Below the pieces are notes generated by a model. It had not been told where the DNA came from and searched no databases. It saw only the letters and a list, made by a program, of their open reading frames with translations. A DNA stretch of 64,000 bases from the NCBI RefSeq assembly GCF_018977255.1, contig NW_024704742.1:72728001-72792000 (forward strand), read 5' to 3'. This document shows positions 25,565 to 37,513 of this stretch, piece after piece; positions within the stretch are counted from its first letter, which is position 1; the number at the start of each line of letters is the position of its first letter. A program made the translations under genes and the position numbers. This DNA is from Callorhinchus milii (taxonomy: Eukaryota).

Positions 25565-27200
25565 TCAGGCTTTACTGATGTTCATTTTTTTACGTTCCTC
25601 ACAAACATTAGCCTCCAGGTTCCCCTCTATTTTTGGTAAGATTTTAGTGTCCTCTAACTTGAAGACAGAAGCAAAATATTTGTTTAATGACNTGCCATTT
25701 CTTTATTCCCCATTATAATTTCTTCTGTCCCTGCCTGCAATGGACCCATATTCACTTTTGATGGTCTCTTCCTGTTTATGTACTTGTAACGCCACTATTT
25801 AAGAAGGGCGGGAGACAAAAAATGGAACTATAGACCAGTTAGTCTGACATTGATGGTAGGGAAAATTCTAGAGTCTTTAATTAGGGACATAGTCGTGGGG
25901 TACTTAGAAAATCATAGCATGATTAGACAGAGTCAACATGGATTTACGAAAGGAAATCGTGTTTAACAAATCTTATAGAGCTTTTTGAGGATGTAACTAG
26001 CAGGTTAGATAGAGGGGAACCAGTAGATGTGGTGTATTTGGATTTCCAAAGGCATTCGACAAGGTGCCACATAAAAGGCTGTTGCATAAGATTAGAGCCC
26101 ATGGAATTAAGGGTAATATATTAGCATGAATTGGAGAGTGGCTAACAGGAAGAAAACAGAGAATAGGGATAAACGGGTCCTTCTCAGATTGGCAGGACGT
26201 GATTAGTGGAGTGCCACAAGGATCAGTGCTTGGGCCTCAATTATTTACTGTCTAGATCAATGATTTAGATGAGAAAATAGAATTTAACATATCTAAATTT
26301 GCAGATGATACAAAGATAAGTGGGAGAGTAAACTGTGAGGATAACACACGAAGAATGCAAAGGGAAATAGACAGGCTAGGTGAGTGGGCAAGAAGGTGGC
26401 AGATGGAGTATAACGTAGGGAAGTGTGAAGTTATTCACCTAGGTAGTAAAAATAGAAAAGTGGATTATTTTCTAGAGGGGGAGAAACTATGTAGTGTTAG
26501 TGTTCAGAGGGATTTGGGTGTCCTTGTACACCAGTCACAAAAAGTTAGTATGCAGGCACAGCAACCAACTAGGAAGGCTAATGCCATGTGGCGTTCGTCG
26601 CAAAAGGGTTAGAGTTCAAGAGTAGGGAAGTCTTGCTCCAGTTGTATAATACCTTGGTGAGACCGCAGCTAGAATATTGTGTGCAGTTGTGGTCTCCTTA
26701 TTTAAGAAAGGACATACTCCCTAAGAGGGGGTGCAGCGTAGATTCACTAGGTTGGTTCCTGGGATGAGGGGGTTGACCTATGAGGATAGGTTGAGTAAAC
26801 TAGGCCTATCTTCTCTAGAATATAGAAGAATTAGAGGTGATCTTATAGAAAGCTTTAAGATTCTTAAGGGTCTTGACAGGGTAGATGCCGTGAGGCTGTT
26901 TCCCCTGGTTGAAGAATCTAAAACTAGGGGTCACATAGTCTTAAGATTAAGGGTCAGCCTTTTCGAACTGAGTTGAGGAGATATTTCTTCACTCAGAAGG
27001 CAGTGAATTTATGGAATTCTCTACCCCAGAAGGCTGTGGATGCTCAGTCCTTGAACATATTGAAGACTGAGGTTGGTAGATTTCTAAAGGATGGAGGGAT
27101 TAAGGGATATGGGGATAGGGCGGGTAAATGGAATTAGGTTAGAAGATCAGCCATGAGGAGCCGAATGCCTATTCTTGCTCCTACATCTTATGGTCTTATG
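25565..27200 (+). mobile_element. CR1 LINE with inverted 5' segment (25565-25789) followed by forward RT and 3' end
   Basis: RT motifs [24 protein letters not shown] and LEYCVQ. The right part of the inverted segment is the reverse complement of CR1 sequence at 25131-25254. Tail TCTTATGGTCTTATG. Confidence 0.9.
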
Positions 27201-30142
27201 GGAACAAGCTGTCCTCTTTTATGGATGAGGGCACTTGAAAGAGGCAAGGTCAAGAACATAGGCATGAGGGAAGAATGGAGGACTAAGAAATAATCTTTTA
27301 CAACTCCTCTAGGTAGCCGCAATTGTATAGGTAAGAGTGCCACACTTTAATATTAATCTCATATCATTGTCGAGCTGCTTACCTCCACTCCATGGTGAAT
27401 TCCTGTCATAGTTGATGGGTCCTTTCTTGCCTCTTCAGGTCGATGGGAAAAATCCCACAGCAAAATTTGAAAAGATAAGGGATTTTTGTTTCTCTGGGTG
27501 TCCTGGCTAATAATTCCCCAGATAAAATTAATCATTGACTTCATGGCTGTCTGTGGGGCATTGCTGTGCTCAAAGTGGCTATCAAATTCGTCAACAATGT
27601 CCCACACACAGTCACTACACTTTATAGTAAGTCCTGTGAAACATGTTGAGACATTCTACTGATGTGAAGGCAATATATCAAATGCTGACTAACCAAAATA
27701 TATTATTCAGATAGGTCAAAGGGGTTGCTGATGTGGAAGACTGAAATATCACCTTAACACCGTCTGAAATTGGGGTTAAAATATCTGGCTGTGCTATACA
27801 TGATCTGGATGCAAATCTATTCCTTAATAATGACCCTCTTCCAAATTCACCCCACCCCACTCAGAAACAAATGTTTGTTATTCCAAAATACATTTTTGAA
27901 CACTATTTTTAATAAATGTAGAGCAAATGTGAAGGCTTCTGGTTCCTGGAACATTTTTATTTGAGGAAGTGATTCACAATGTGGGCTAGTCCAGATAAAA
28001 AGGAGAAAGGTATTTTATATGATGTGGTGAGAGGTGGAAGAAAACAAGCAACATAAAAATTATGGAGGATAATTCTAAGAGTTACAAGAGTTACTGTTAG
28101 AAAACGTAGCTAAATAAAGCAGAGTATGTTCATATTTATAAAATATTATTTATCAAAGAAATAAAATCAGTCATTAATATCATAGATATGGTACAAATGG
28201 GACCAATTTCATATAGAAGAATGTCAGTCCTCGATAAGCAGAGAAAATTAGGCCAGTGATAAATGTAAAGCCAGGAATCTCTTAATGTAACATGTTTACA
28301 TTAATGTTAATATTCTGTTTTTGTTAGAGCAATGATAAATCCAAGAATGTTTCTGCACAGTGGCACGAGAGATAGAAATCATAGCTGATTTCAGTCCCTT
28401 ACACACAAGTTAGATAAATTTGTCTTTTCTACATTTGTGCACTGAATTGTTTCTAGACTATTTTTCCATCGGACGACTGAATCATTTCATGAATGCATTT
28501 CCCAAGGGATTAACTGACATAGTGTTTTGGAATAGAACCTCTGAGATTTGGGTTTGAATCCAGCCCACACGGGCTGCTGGAGTGTGCATCTTTCCTGTCA
28601 GCCAGCGTAAGAGCCTAAGTTTAGGTATTGTAGTCTCTTAGGTAGGCGGCAAAGTCAGTAAATTTATTGACAAGCAGAATTTAATTGCCTAAGTTGGTAT
28701 AACTATTCAAAGAAGCACAGAGTATACCTGGTGTAGGAAACAGATGCTCGTCTGAGCTTGAAGTTAGGGTATGTTTTGGGGGCAGAGGAGGCTGACCCGT
28801 GTTATGCTTGCCCTGAGGATGACTGATTGTGACACTGGGTATAAAGAGGGGAACAGTTTTTAAGTGACGAGAACTGTAATTTCTTTACCCTGGAAAGAAA
28901 AAAATCAAATGCTTTTTAGTTGACCCGATATCAAAGGTAGAGATTTCTGGACCATGCCAAAGCGCATCCCAGAACATATTGCAAGTAACATTTATTCACA
29001 GAACACGCAAGTGTTCTTCATGTGATTGCTTTATTTTAATAGAATCCCTTTTGGTATCTGTATATAGATGGAAGTTATGTGAGTTCCGCTGGGCAGCTTT
29101 TTCTATGAAATATACTAGGTACACTAAATGGAAATATCTCCCACTATTAGTTGTGCAGGACAGGCCTTCAAAGTCTGCATTGACAGCCTGATTCTGGTTC
29201 ACTGGTTGATGTCAGCACATCTAGGGCAGCACTGAGCTAAAAGAAAATAATTACAATTCCACTTGTTCATAAGCACAGTACTTCCTCAATTATTATTTTA
29301 GTTATTTTTTGCCTAAAGTAAGCTCTTCACTGAATGCATATTTTTCTGACGGCTACAGATGTGGGAGTCAATGTGTCCAGGAGAAACAATTGTGAAAAAT
29401 GCATGAAAAATAACACTATGATTAAATGAGTATTGTACTGAATTGTTTTCAATTTATTATTAATACAGTGCTTGAAATAATATATTCTGGGCTTGAGAGT
29501 AATTAGAATCAATCAATCAATAAATAAATAAATGTAGTTTTGCAGTTTACCTTAAATTTCTTTTCATTTATATTTCAGTTAGCAGTGTTTTAATAACCAA
29601 TTTCAATAGGTTGTACCAGTAATTGGCACCAAATTAATAGGGAATAACAAAGAATAATACAAATTAAGATGTTAACCCTTCCAATGCAATAGTGTCTTTA
29701 AAGTACAAATTTAGCCAGGCTTGTTTGTCATTTATTTGATCATTTGAACACAGCTCACAAAAAATTAAATTTTAGAGTTTCTTCATTGTCACTTTTCACT
29801 GCACTTTACATGCTGGAATTTTTAACAATAATAAAAATATGATATTTATGACCAAACATGGCTCATTGTTACCTTCAATTTCCGGACTCCGCTGCAGCTT
29901 AAATTTGAACCCAAACTGCAGAAAACACAATTGTTTCCTGAATCTGTGAAATCATAGCAGATGCACACATCTGGTGGTAAATTCTACCTAAGGCTAGATT
30001 TACCCTAGTTATGTAGCATTATAGAGTGTCCAGAATTTTGCAAATTCTTGAGTAAAGCCTTAACTTTTAAGCTGTTTTTCTATTTAAAAACTGCAGAAAA
30101 TGGGCTTGAATGTTAAGGCTGAATTCAACAATTTCCCAAATA

Positions 30143-33100
30143 CAACAACAACAAGATTCCATTTATTGAGCGCCTTTCACGTCGGGAGGACGTCCCAAGG
30201 CGCTCTACAGTTGGGTCAGGACCCGAGCAGGGGGGAAATGGTCAGGGTGAGGGGAGGGAAGGGAGGGAGCGAGGAGGGGGTAGAGAGTCGAGAGGGGAGC
30301 TGAAGGCACGGTCAAAGAGAAAGGTCTTGAGACCGGCCTTGAAGGAGGAAAGGGAGGAGGCGGCGAAGGCACTGGGGGATAGAGTTCCAGAGCCTCGGGG
30401 CTGAGAGGCTGAAGGCCCGGCCACCGATGGTAGGGCGGTTGGGGCGGGGGATGTGGAGCAGACCGGAGCCAGAGGAACGGAGGGTACGGGCAGGTAGGTA
30501 GGGGGATAGTAGGTCGGAGAGGTAGGAGGGAGCGAGGCCGTGAATGGCCTTGTAGGTGAGGATGAGGATCTTGAATTCGATCCTCTGGGGGATGGGGAGC
30601 CAGTGGAGGCGAGCGAGGGTGGGAGTGATGTGGTCGCGGTGTCTGGTGCGGGACAGTACACGAGCTGCAGAGTTCTGAATGACCTGCAGTGTGGAGGGAG
30701 GTGCCGGGAAGGCCGGCGAGGAGAGAGTTCCCATAGTCCAGCCTTGAGGTGATAAAGGCGTGGACCAGAGTTTCAGCAGCGTGAGGGGTGAGGTAGTGCC
30801 GTAGTCTGGCGACATTCCGGAGGTGATGGAAGGCGGTGCCAGTTGTGGCGCGGATATGAGGGAGAAAGGACAGCTCAGGGTCGAACAGAACCCCGAGGTT
30901 CCTGATGGCTTTGAGAGGTGGAGAGTGCAGCCTTGGATGCTGATGGTGTCAGCGCCTGAGGTGCGGAGGCGCTGACGTGAGCCAATCAGGAGGGCCTCAG
31001 TTTTGCGCACGTTGAGCTGAAGAAAGTTGTCTCTCGTCCAGGACTCGATGTCGGACAGGCAGCTGTCAGGACATCGGTGGTCGTGGAGTTGAGGGTAGAG
31101 GAGGAAAGGTAGAGTTGGGTGTCATCCGCATACATGTGGAAGTTAACCCCATGTCTGCGGATGATGTCACCAAGGGGGAGCATATAGAGGGTGAAGAGGA
31201 GGGGACCGAGGACAGAGCCCTGAGGGACACCGCACGAGACAGTGCGGGGGGTGGAGGAAAAGCCATTTGTGGAGACAAAGTGGAGACGTTGGGAGACCTA
31301 AACCACTCAAGGACAGGGCCTTGAAGGTTTAGGTGGGAGGACAGGCGGTGGAGGAGGATAGCATGGTCGACCGTATCGAATGCTGCCGATAGGTCGAGGA
31401 GGACGAGGAGGCAGAGGGAGCCCTGGTCACAGATGGTCAGGATATCATTGGTGACCTTGACCAGGGCAGTTTCTGTGCTATGGGCAGCACGGAAACCCGA
31501 CTGAAGGGGTTCGAAAAGTGAATGGTGGAGAGGAAAGAGCGCAGCTGGGAGGCGACAACTCGTTCCAGGACCTTGGACAGGAAGGGGAGGTTGGAGATGG
31601 GCCGGTAGCTTGATAGCTGCGACGCATCAAGGGAGGGTTTTTTAAGGTGTGAGTGATGGTGGCAGTTTTTAAGGGAATGGGAATAGAGCCAGAGGAGAGG
31701 GACAGGTTGACGATGTCTGTGATATGTGGGGCAAGGAGGTGGAGCTGGGAGATAAGGAGTGGAGTGGGGATGGGGTCAAGGGAGCAGGTGGTGGGTTTAA
31801 GGGTTTAAGGTGAGTTTGGTGACAGAGGGTGGGGAAACGGGTACGAAGGTGTGTAGGGGAGGATGGGTAGGAGTCGGAGTGTGGGAGGGAAGGGGTGGGT
31901 GGTGGGTGGATGTTGGAGGGGAAGTGACCGCGGAGCGAATTCCCTTGATCTTGGATTCAAGGAAATCCAGCATCTCCTCGCAGTGAAGGTTGGAGGAGAT
32001 GACCTGCGCGGGGTGGCGGGGGGGACGGAGGAGTTGGGATGTGGTAGAGAACAGTAGCCTGGGGTTGTCCTTCGCCTCCAGGATTATCCTGGAGTAGAAG
32101 GACGATTTGGCCGAGGCTAGAGTGGAGCGGTAGATTTTGAGGAGGTCCAGCCAGATTTGTCGGTGGACCGTTAGGCCAGATTTGACCAGGTGCGTTCAGC
32201 GGCCCGCACCTGGTTCTTCAGTGAGCGGAGGTGGGTGGTGAACGAAGGGGAGGAGCGAGAGTAGGAAACAGTATGGGAGGTGATGGGGCCAAGAGTGTCA
32301 AGTGTGGAGGAGAGGGTGTTGTGGAGGAGGGTGAGAGCAGAAGAGGGGTCGGTGAGGGTTGAAGGCCAGAGGGAGAGGAGTTCAGAGGACTCCAAGGCAG
32401 AGGTTAGGGATTGAGGGGGTAACTTCTTCCAGGGGCGGTAGAAGATGGTGGTGGGTCTGGTGGAGGTGGGGAGGGGGGTGGAGGTGGTGAAGGAGATGAA
32501 GTGGTGGTCGGAGACGGCCTTGTCGGTGATAGTGACATCCGAGACACTGAGGCCCCGGGTGATCACCAAGTCGAGTGGGTGGCCGTGACTGTGAGTGGGG
32601 GAGTTGATGTGGAGGGAGAGGTTGAACGAGGAGAGCAGGGAAGAGAAATCTGAGGAGATTGAGCAGGAGGGGGTGAAGTGCAGGTTAAAGTCACCCAGGA
32701 TGATGAGGCGATCAGAGCAGAGGCAGAAAGATGTGAGAAGTGTTGCGATATCAGAGATAAAGGTGGGAGAGGTTTTAGGGGGCCGGTAGAGGAGGAGGAT
32801 TTTAAGTGAGAGGAAGGAGGGGTGGGAGAGGGTGAGGTGCTCAAAAGAGGGGAAAGAGCCAGAGGAGTAGGGGGATAGGGCAAGTGGTGTCCTTGAGATA
32901 AGGGCAACACCACCGCCACGGCGGTTGGGGCGAGGGATGTGGTGGGAGGTGTAGCCGGGTGGTGTGGCCTCCGTGAGGGGGAAGGTGTCGCCTGGGGTGA
33001 GCCAGGTTTCTGTTAAGGCCATGATATCAACGTTCTCATCAAGGATGAGATCGTTGATGACCAGGGCCTTGTTACAGAGGGAGCGGACGTTTTGTAGTCC

Positions 33101-33560
33101 GATGTGGATGGAGCGGTTGACAGAAGGGTGTGTGGGAGGGAGGGGGTCCAGGTTGTGAGGCAGGGGTGGGGGAATGGGGATAAGGGAGGAGAGGTTGGCT
33201 CCCCGGGTCTGTGTCCGGGGTGGCTGGCGAGTGTGGTGGGGAATGGGGCAGTCGGTGTGGCTGCTGCTGGACAGCCAACGCCGAGTGCCACGGTGAGCCC
33301 GGCGGAGGATTCCCAGGCTGGAACAGAGGGAGGTTGTGGGAGGGTCAAGTGGGGATAGAAGGCGAGAGGGACGGAGAGAGAGGAGGAGAGAGCGGGAGAG
33401 ATGCAGTGGGGGGAGGGTTTGGGGGTAGAGAGGAGGGAAGAGGGAGGGAGGGGGTGAGGGTCATAGCGGCAGCCATATTGCGCACGCGGGGACCGGGAGC
33501 GAGCGGTCAGGTGGATGGACACATTATCCCATGGGCTGGGGCAGCCAACCTAACAGGACC
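30143..33560 (-). mobile_element. Near-full-length L2-clade LINE (APE endonuclease + RT, frameshifted)
   Basis: Minus-strand translation gives LQNVRSL...ALTETWL...RGGGVA...YRPP...GDFN...LDLVIT...SDH (APE), then [30 protein letters not shown] (RT) and [13 protein letters not shown]. 3' tail ...GGGACGTCCTCCCGACGTGAAAGGCGCTCAATAAATGG...(TTG)n. Confidence 0.95.
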
Positions 33561-35821
33561 ATGGTGGGCCCTGATGGTGGGCCCTGATACTACATATTGT
33601 GAAATGGTAGATAAATGGGTAAATATAGACCCTGGTAGATTTATAATAAATAATACTTACTTTTGATAAAGCACCTTTTCACATTGGGTAGATGTCTCAA
33701 AAGGCTTCACGGGATTTATTGTAAATAGTAATGACTGTTTTAGAGACAAAAGTGGTTGCCAATTTGTGCAAAGCAAAACAATACAAAATTACATTTGCAC
33801 AGCGCTTTTCACGGCGGGAGGACTTCCCAAGGCGCTGGACAGTCAGGTATTTAGACCCGAGAAGTACGGGTCAGGGAGGATGGAGTGTAGGAGGGTGTCC
33901 GAAGACACGCTCAAAGAGGAGGATCTTGAGACGTGCTTTGAATGGCCCACAATCAGCCATGAAGTTAATAACCGATTTTTGTGGGGGAATGTTGGCCAGG
34001 ACACAGGGAGAAACTGCCTTCACTTTTCAAATAGTATCAATGGTATCTTTGATATCCACCTGAACAGGGCGTCGGTTTAATGTCTCATCTGAAGGAAGGA
34101 TTTTCACCTTAGTAGTGTCCCCACAGGCTGGAAGCAGCAACTCCAACAGAGCACTAGAGGGTAAAATACTGTAGTAAATGCTGGAAACATAGCAAGTGAC
34201 ACAACCATCTGAAAGATAAAAGTTTAATCTATAATTCTCTTTCAAATTCTGATTGACTGGCTGTTATCTTTCTCTTTCATATGCTGGTCATTTATCTGCT
34301 GTGGTTTCAACGTTGTCAGTTTACATTTCTAGCATTTGAAATTATTCTTCTTTCTAAAATGTGAAAATGAAAATACCCAGTCTCTCTTTAGTTTTAAACG
34401 CCATCCATCTTTTCTCTTAAATAGCGTCTCAGTGTGTTGAACAATGATGATTGTTGGAAAAGATGTTTCTAAATGACACTATAAAATGCTCTGGTTACTC
34501 CACAGCTCCACCCGTTCTTTTTTCTAGAGTCCCATTGCAAGAGCAGGACTTAACTCTGGGACAATAAGTGGCAATGTGAAACTGCTGGGATGCTAAGAAG
34601 TGTTCAAAAGCAACCTGGGAGATAGGTCTCCAGACTCTTGTATCTTGCTTTGCCGGGAGGCACTGGCTGGCCTTTGTCCTCAGTTCAACGATGATCAAAC
34701 GCAGTTGCCTGTGGGATGCGGCCTGTGTCCCCACTGCTGTGGCACCACCTGCTGGTTTGGGACTACCATTGATTGTACTTGTGTGACAAGAGTCTCTGTC
34801 CAACAAACTGGATATCATTACAGATTGCTGCATAGCTCACACCTTGTTCTCATTTGATTGTGTTTCTTTTTACAAAAGGAAGAAAGAAAATTTAAATAAA
34901 ATGTCTTAAGGCCTGGAGCATTGTCAATGATACCTGACGTTAGTAATGCTGTGTAGAACTTTGCTTACTGGATGTATTTGTTCCTTGCATATAGTTCTTT
35001 AAGTTAATTGATAGAAATATAAGAGTATTCTGAGATTTTCAAATTTCTATTAATCTAAATTTGAATTTAGTAAAGGTTATTGAACCCTTGTGGATAAATT
35101 ATAACAGTGAATTTGGAACTCAGCAAATTCCAATGANTTTTTTCCTAAACCTAACATATTGTGTGCAGCCTGGTTCATGGTACTCTTAAATCAGAAGGTT
35201 GTGGGTTCCAGCCCTATGTTAGCACTGTGGACTCACAAAGTTGAGGCTAACACTCAAATACAGTGTTGGGGGTGTGTTTCATTATCCTTCAGATGAAAGG
35301 TGAAACCAAGGTCCCGTTTGCCTATTCAGGTGGATGTGGAAGATCCTAAGTCACTATTCAAAAAGAGACGGGTGATTCTCCCAGTTTCCTGGACATAGAT
35401 TCCCAAATAAAATTGGTCACTCACTTCATGGCTGCTTGTTTGCCTTCAAAATATACAGTCACCACTCACATTTAATCCTGTGAAGAGCCTTGAGATATCA
35501 TTCCGACCTAAAAGGTGCAATTTCAAATACAAGGATTATTATTATTTCTTTCTTACAATGTCCATCTGTCACAAAAAATAAACTTTTGATAACTTATTAA
35601 ATATAGCTGACACATGAAGGAATACTCCTTCTAATGGGCTAAAGCAGAATACATCAAAATAGCAGAGCATTAATGAAACAGGATACTACTCAGCCTAGCT
35701 TTGCTGCTGGAACTGACATTGACTTCAACTGCTGAGCCAACAGTTACCAGGAATTGGCTACAAATACGACTCTAGTTTTGGAGGCGGCACAGAAAGCAGA
35801 GTTGACCAAGAAGACGTCTTT

Positions 35822-35843
35822 ATGCACAGAGACCAAGACAATG
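35822..35843 (+). CDS. Possible alternative upstream BANK1 exon (MHRDQDN + 1 nt; frame open back to 35723)
   Basis: ATG CAC AGA GAC CAA GAC AAT G|gtaagt: consensus donor, phase 1 compatible with the TIR exon. Weak Kozak context and no clear acceptor. Confidence 0.22.
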
Positions 35844-36489
35844 GTAAGTGTCAGCCTGACTGAGTTGGTAGCATACTTACCTCTAGGTTAGAAAGCTGTA
35901 TTTGGGGTTGAATTCCTGTGTTGGGACTTGAATTGAGGTTGAATCCCAGTGCCGTACCATGGTGTTTTATTATCAGATAGAGGTGACCACTTTTACTGCA
36001 CCTAAGGTCGCTCCTTGAGCCCTTGCAGCATGTACTGATTTCCAAGGGTATAATCAACAAGTCGTAATGCCCAGGAATGGGCAATGCGCAAACAGGGATT
36101 TGGTTTCACACTCTCCGAGGAAGGTTATCACATGAATGTTTTATGGTCTCACCATGTAAGTGTTTTACAATTATAATTGTTCATTTGATCAATTATGAAA
36201 GATAAAATACTATACAATACAAGTTTATATTTATAGTGGAAGATGGTTAAGCCAGACACATTGGGGTTGCCCGTTTTGTCCGGCTTAAGGTGTGTGTTTA
36301 ACACCTTGTTGTGAATTTGAGAGAGTAATTGGGAACAATGATTATTTTTGAAAAACTTGCTCGTCTTTGTCCTTCCAGTGCAGATAAGACTGTTTTAAAA
36401 ATCACAATAACATTATCAGAGGTGTTGTCGTTAATTAAGAAAATAAGAGCTGAGGAGAGTGGCTACATTTCTGGGGCACATGATGCAGT

Positions 36490-37513
36490 GCCCATGGTGA
36501 CATCATCTGCAGACATGGGGTGAACTTCCACATGTCTGAGGATGACACCCAACTCTACCTCTCTGCCTCCACCCTTGACTCCAGGACCACTGTTGTCTTG
36601 ACAGAATGTCTGTCAGACATCAAGTCCTGGATGAGAGCCAACTTTCTTCAGTTGAACATCAACAAGACTGAGGCTCTTCTGTTCAGTTCCCTTCAGCGCC
36701 TCCTCACCTCAGGCGCTGACAGCATCACCATCCATGGTTGCACACTCCATCTCACTAAGCCAGTCCAGAACCTTGGGGCTTTGTTTGACCCTCAACTATC
36801 CTTTCTACCCCACATCTGCACCATTACCCGTTCTGCCTTCCCCCACCTCCGCAACATTGCCCGGCTCCGCCATTGTCTCACACAGCGGGCCGCCGAAACC
36901 CTCATACATGCCTTCATTACATCGAGGTTCGACTATGCAAACTCATTGCTTGTCGGCCTCCCCAACTCCTCCCTCCATAGGCTGCAGATCATCCAGAACT
37001 CTGTAGCCCCTGCCCTCTCCTGCACCAGGCTCCGCGACCCTATCACCCCCATCCTCACCCGACTCCCTTGGCTTCCCATCACACAGAGGATACAGTTCAA
37101 AATTCTGGTCCTCACCTTCAAAGCTTTCCACGGTCATGCTCCCCCCTACCTCTGCGACCTCCTAACCCCCTACCGTCCTGTTTGCTCCCTCCGCTCAGCG
37201 GGCTCCGGACTGCTTCACGTCCCGTGCATCGCTTGCCCAACCCTTGGCGAGCAGGCCTTCTGCCACTCTCCACCCACCCTCTGGAACTCCATCCCACACT
37301 CCCTCCACCTCAGCCTCTCCCTTGCCACTTTCAAGACCCATCTCAAGACCCTCCTCTTCGACCCTGCTTTCAATCTTCCTGCTTCCCTCACTGTCCTCCA
37401 CCCTCCCCATCCTGAACCCCAGCTTGGGTCCATAACTCTGTCCGTCCAGCAACTTGGGATGGCTTCCCGATGTGAAAGGCACTATAGAAATGTAATTTTG
37501 TTGTTGTTGTTGC
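36490..37513 (+). mobile_element. 5'-truncated L2 LINE (RT C-terminal part and 3' tail)
   Basis: 336-aa [11 protein letters not shown]...NFLQLNINKTE...SRFDYANSLL...WLPITQRIQFK; (TTG)n tail. Confidence 0.92.

Noticed and set aside
27961..27975. Isolated GAGGAAGTGA Ets/PU.1 motif as an enhancer
   Set aside because: A single short motif is expected by chance in 64 kb, and there is no supporting cluster.
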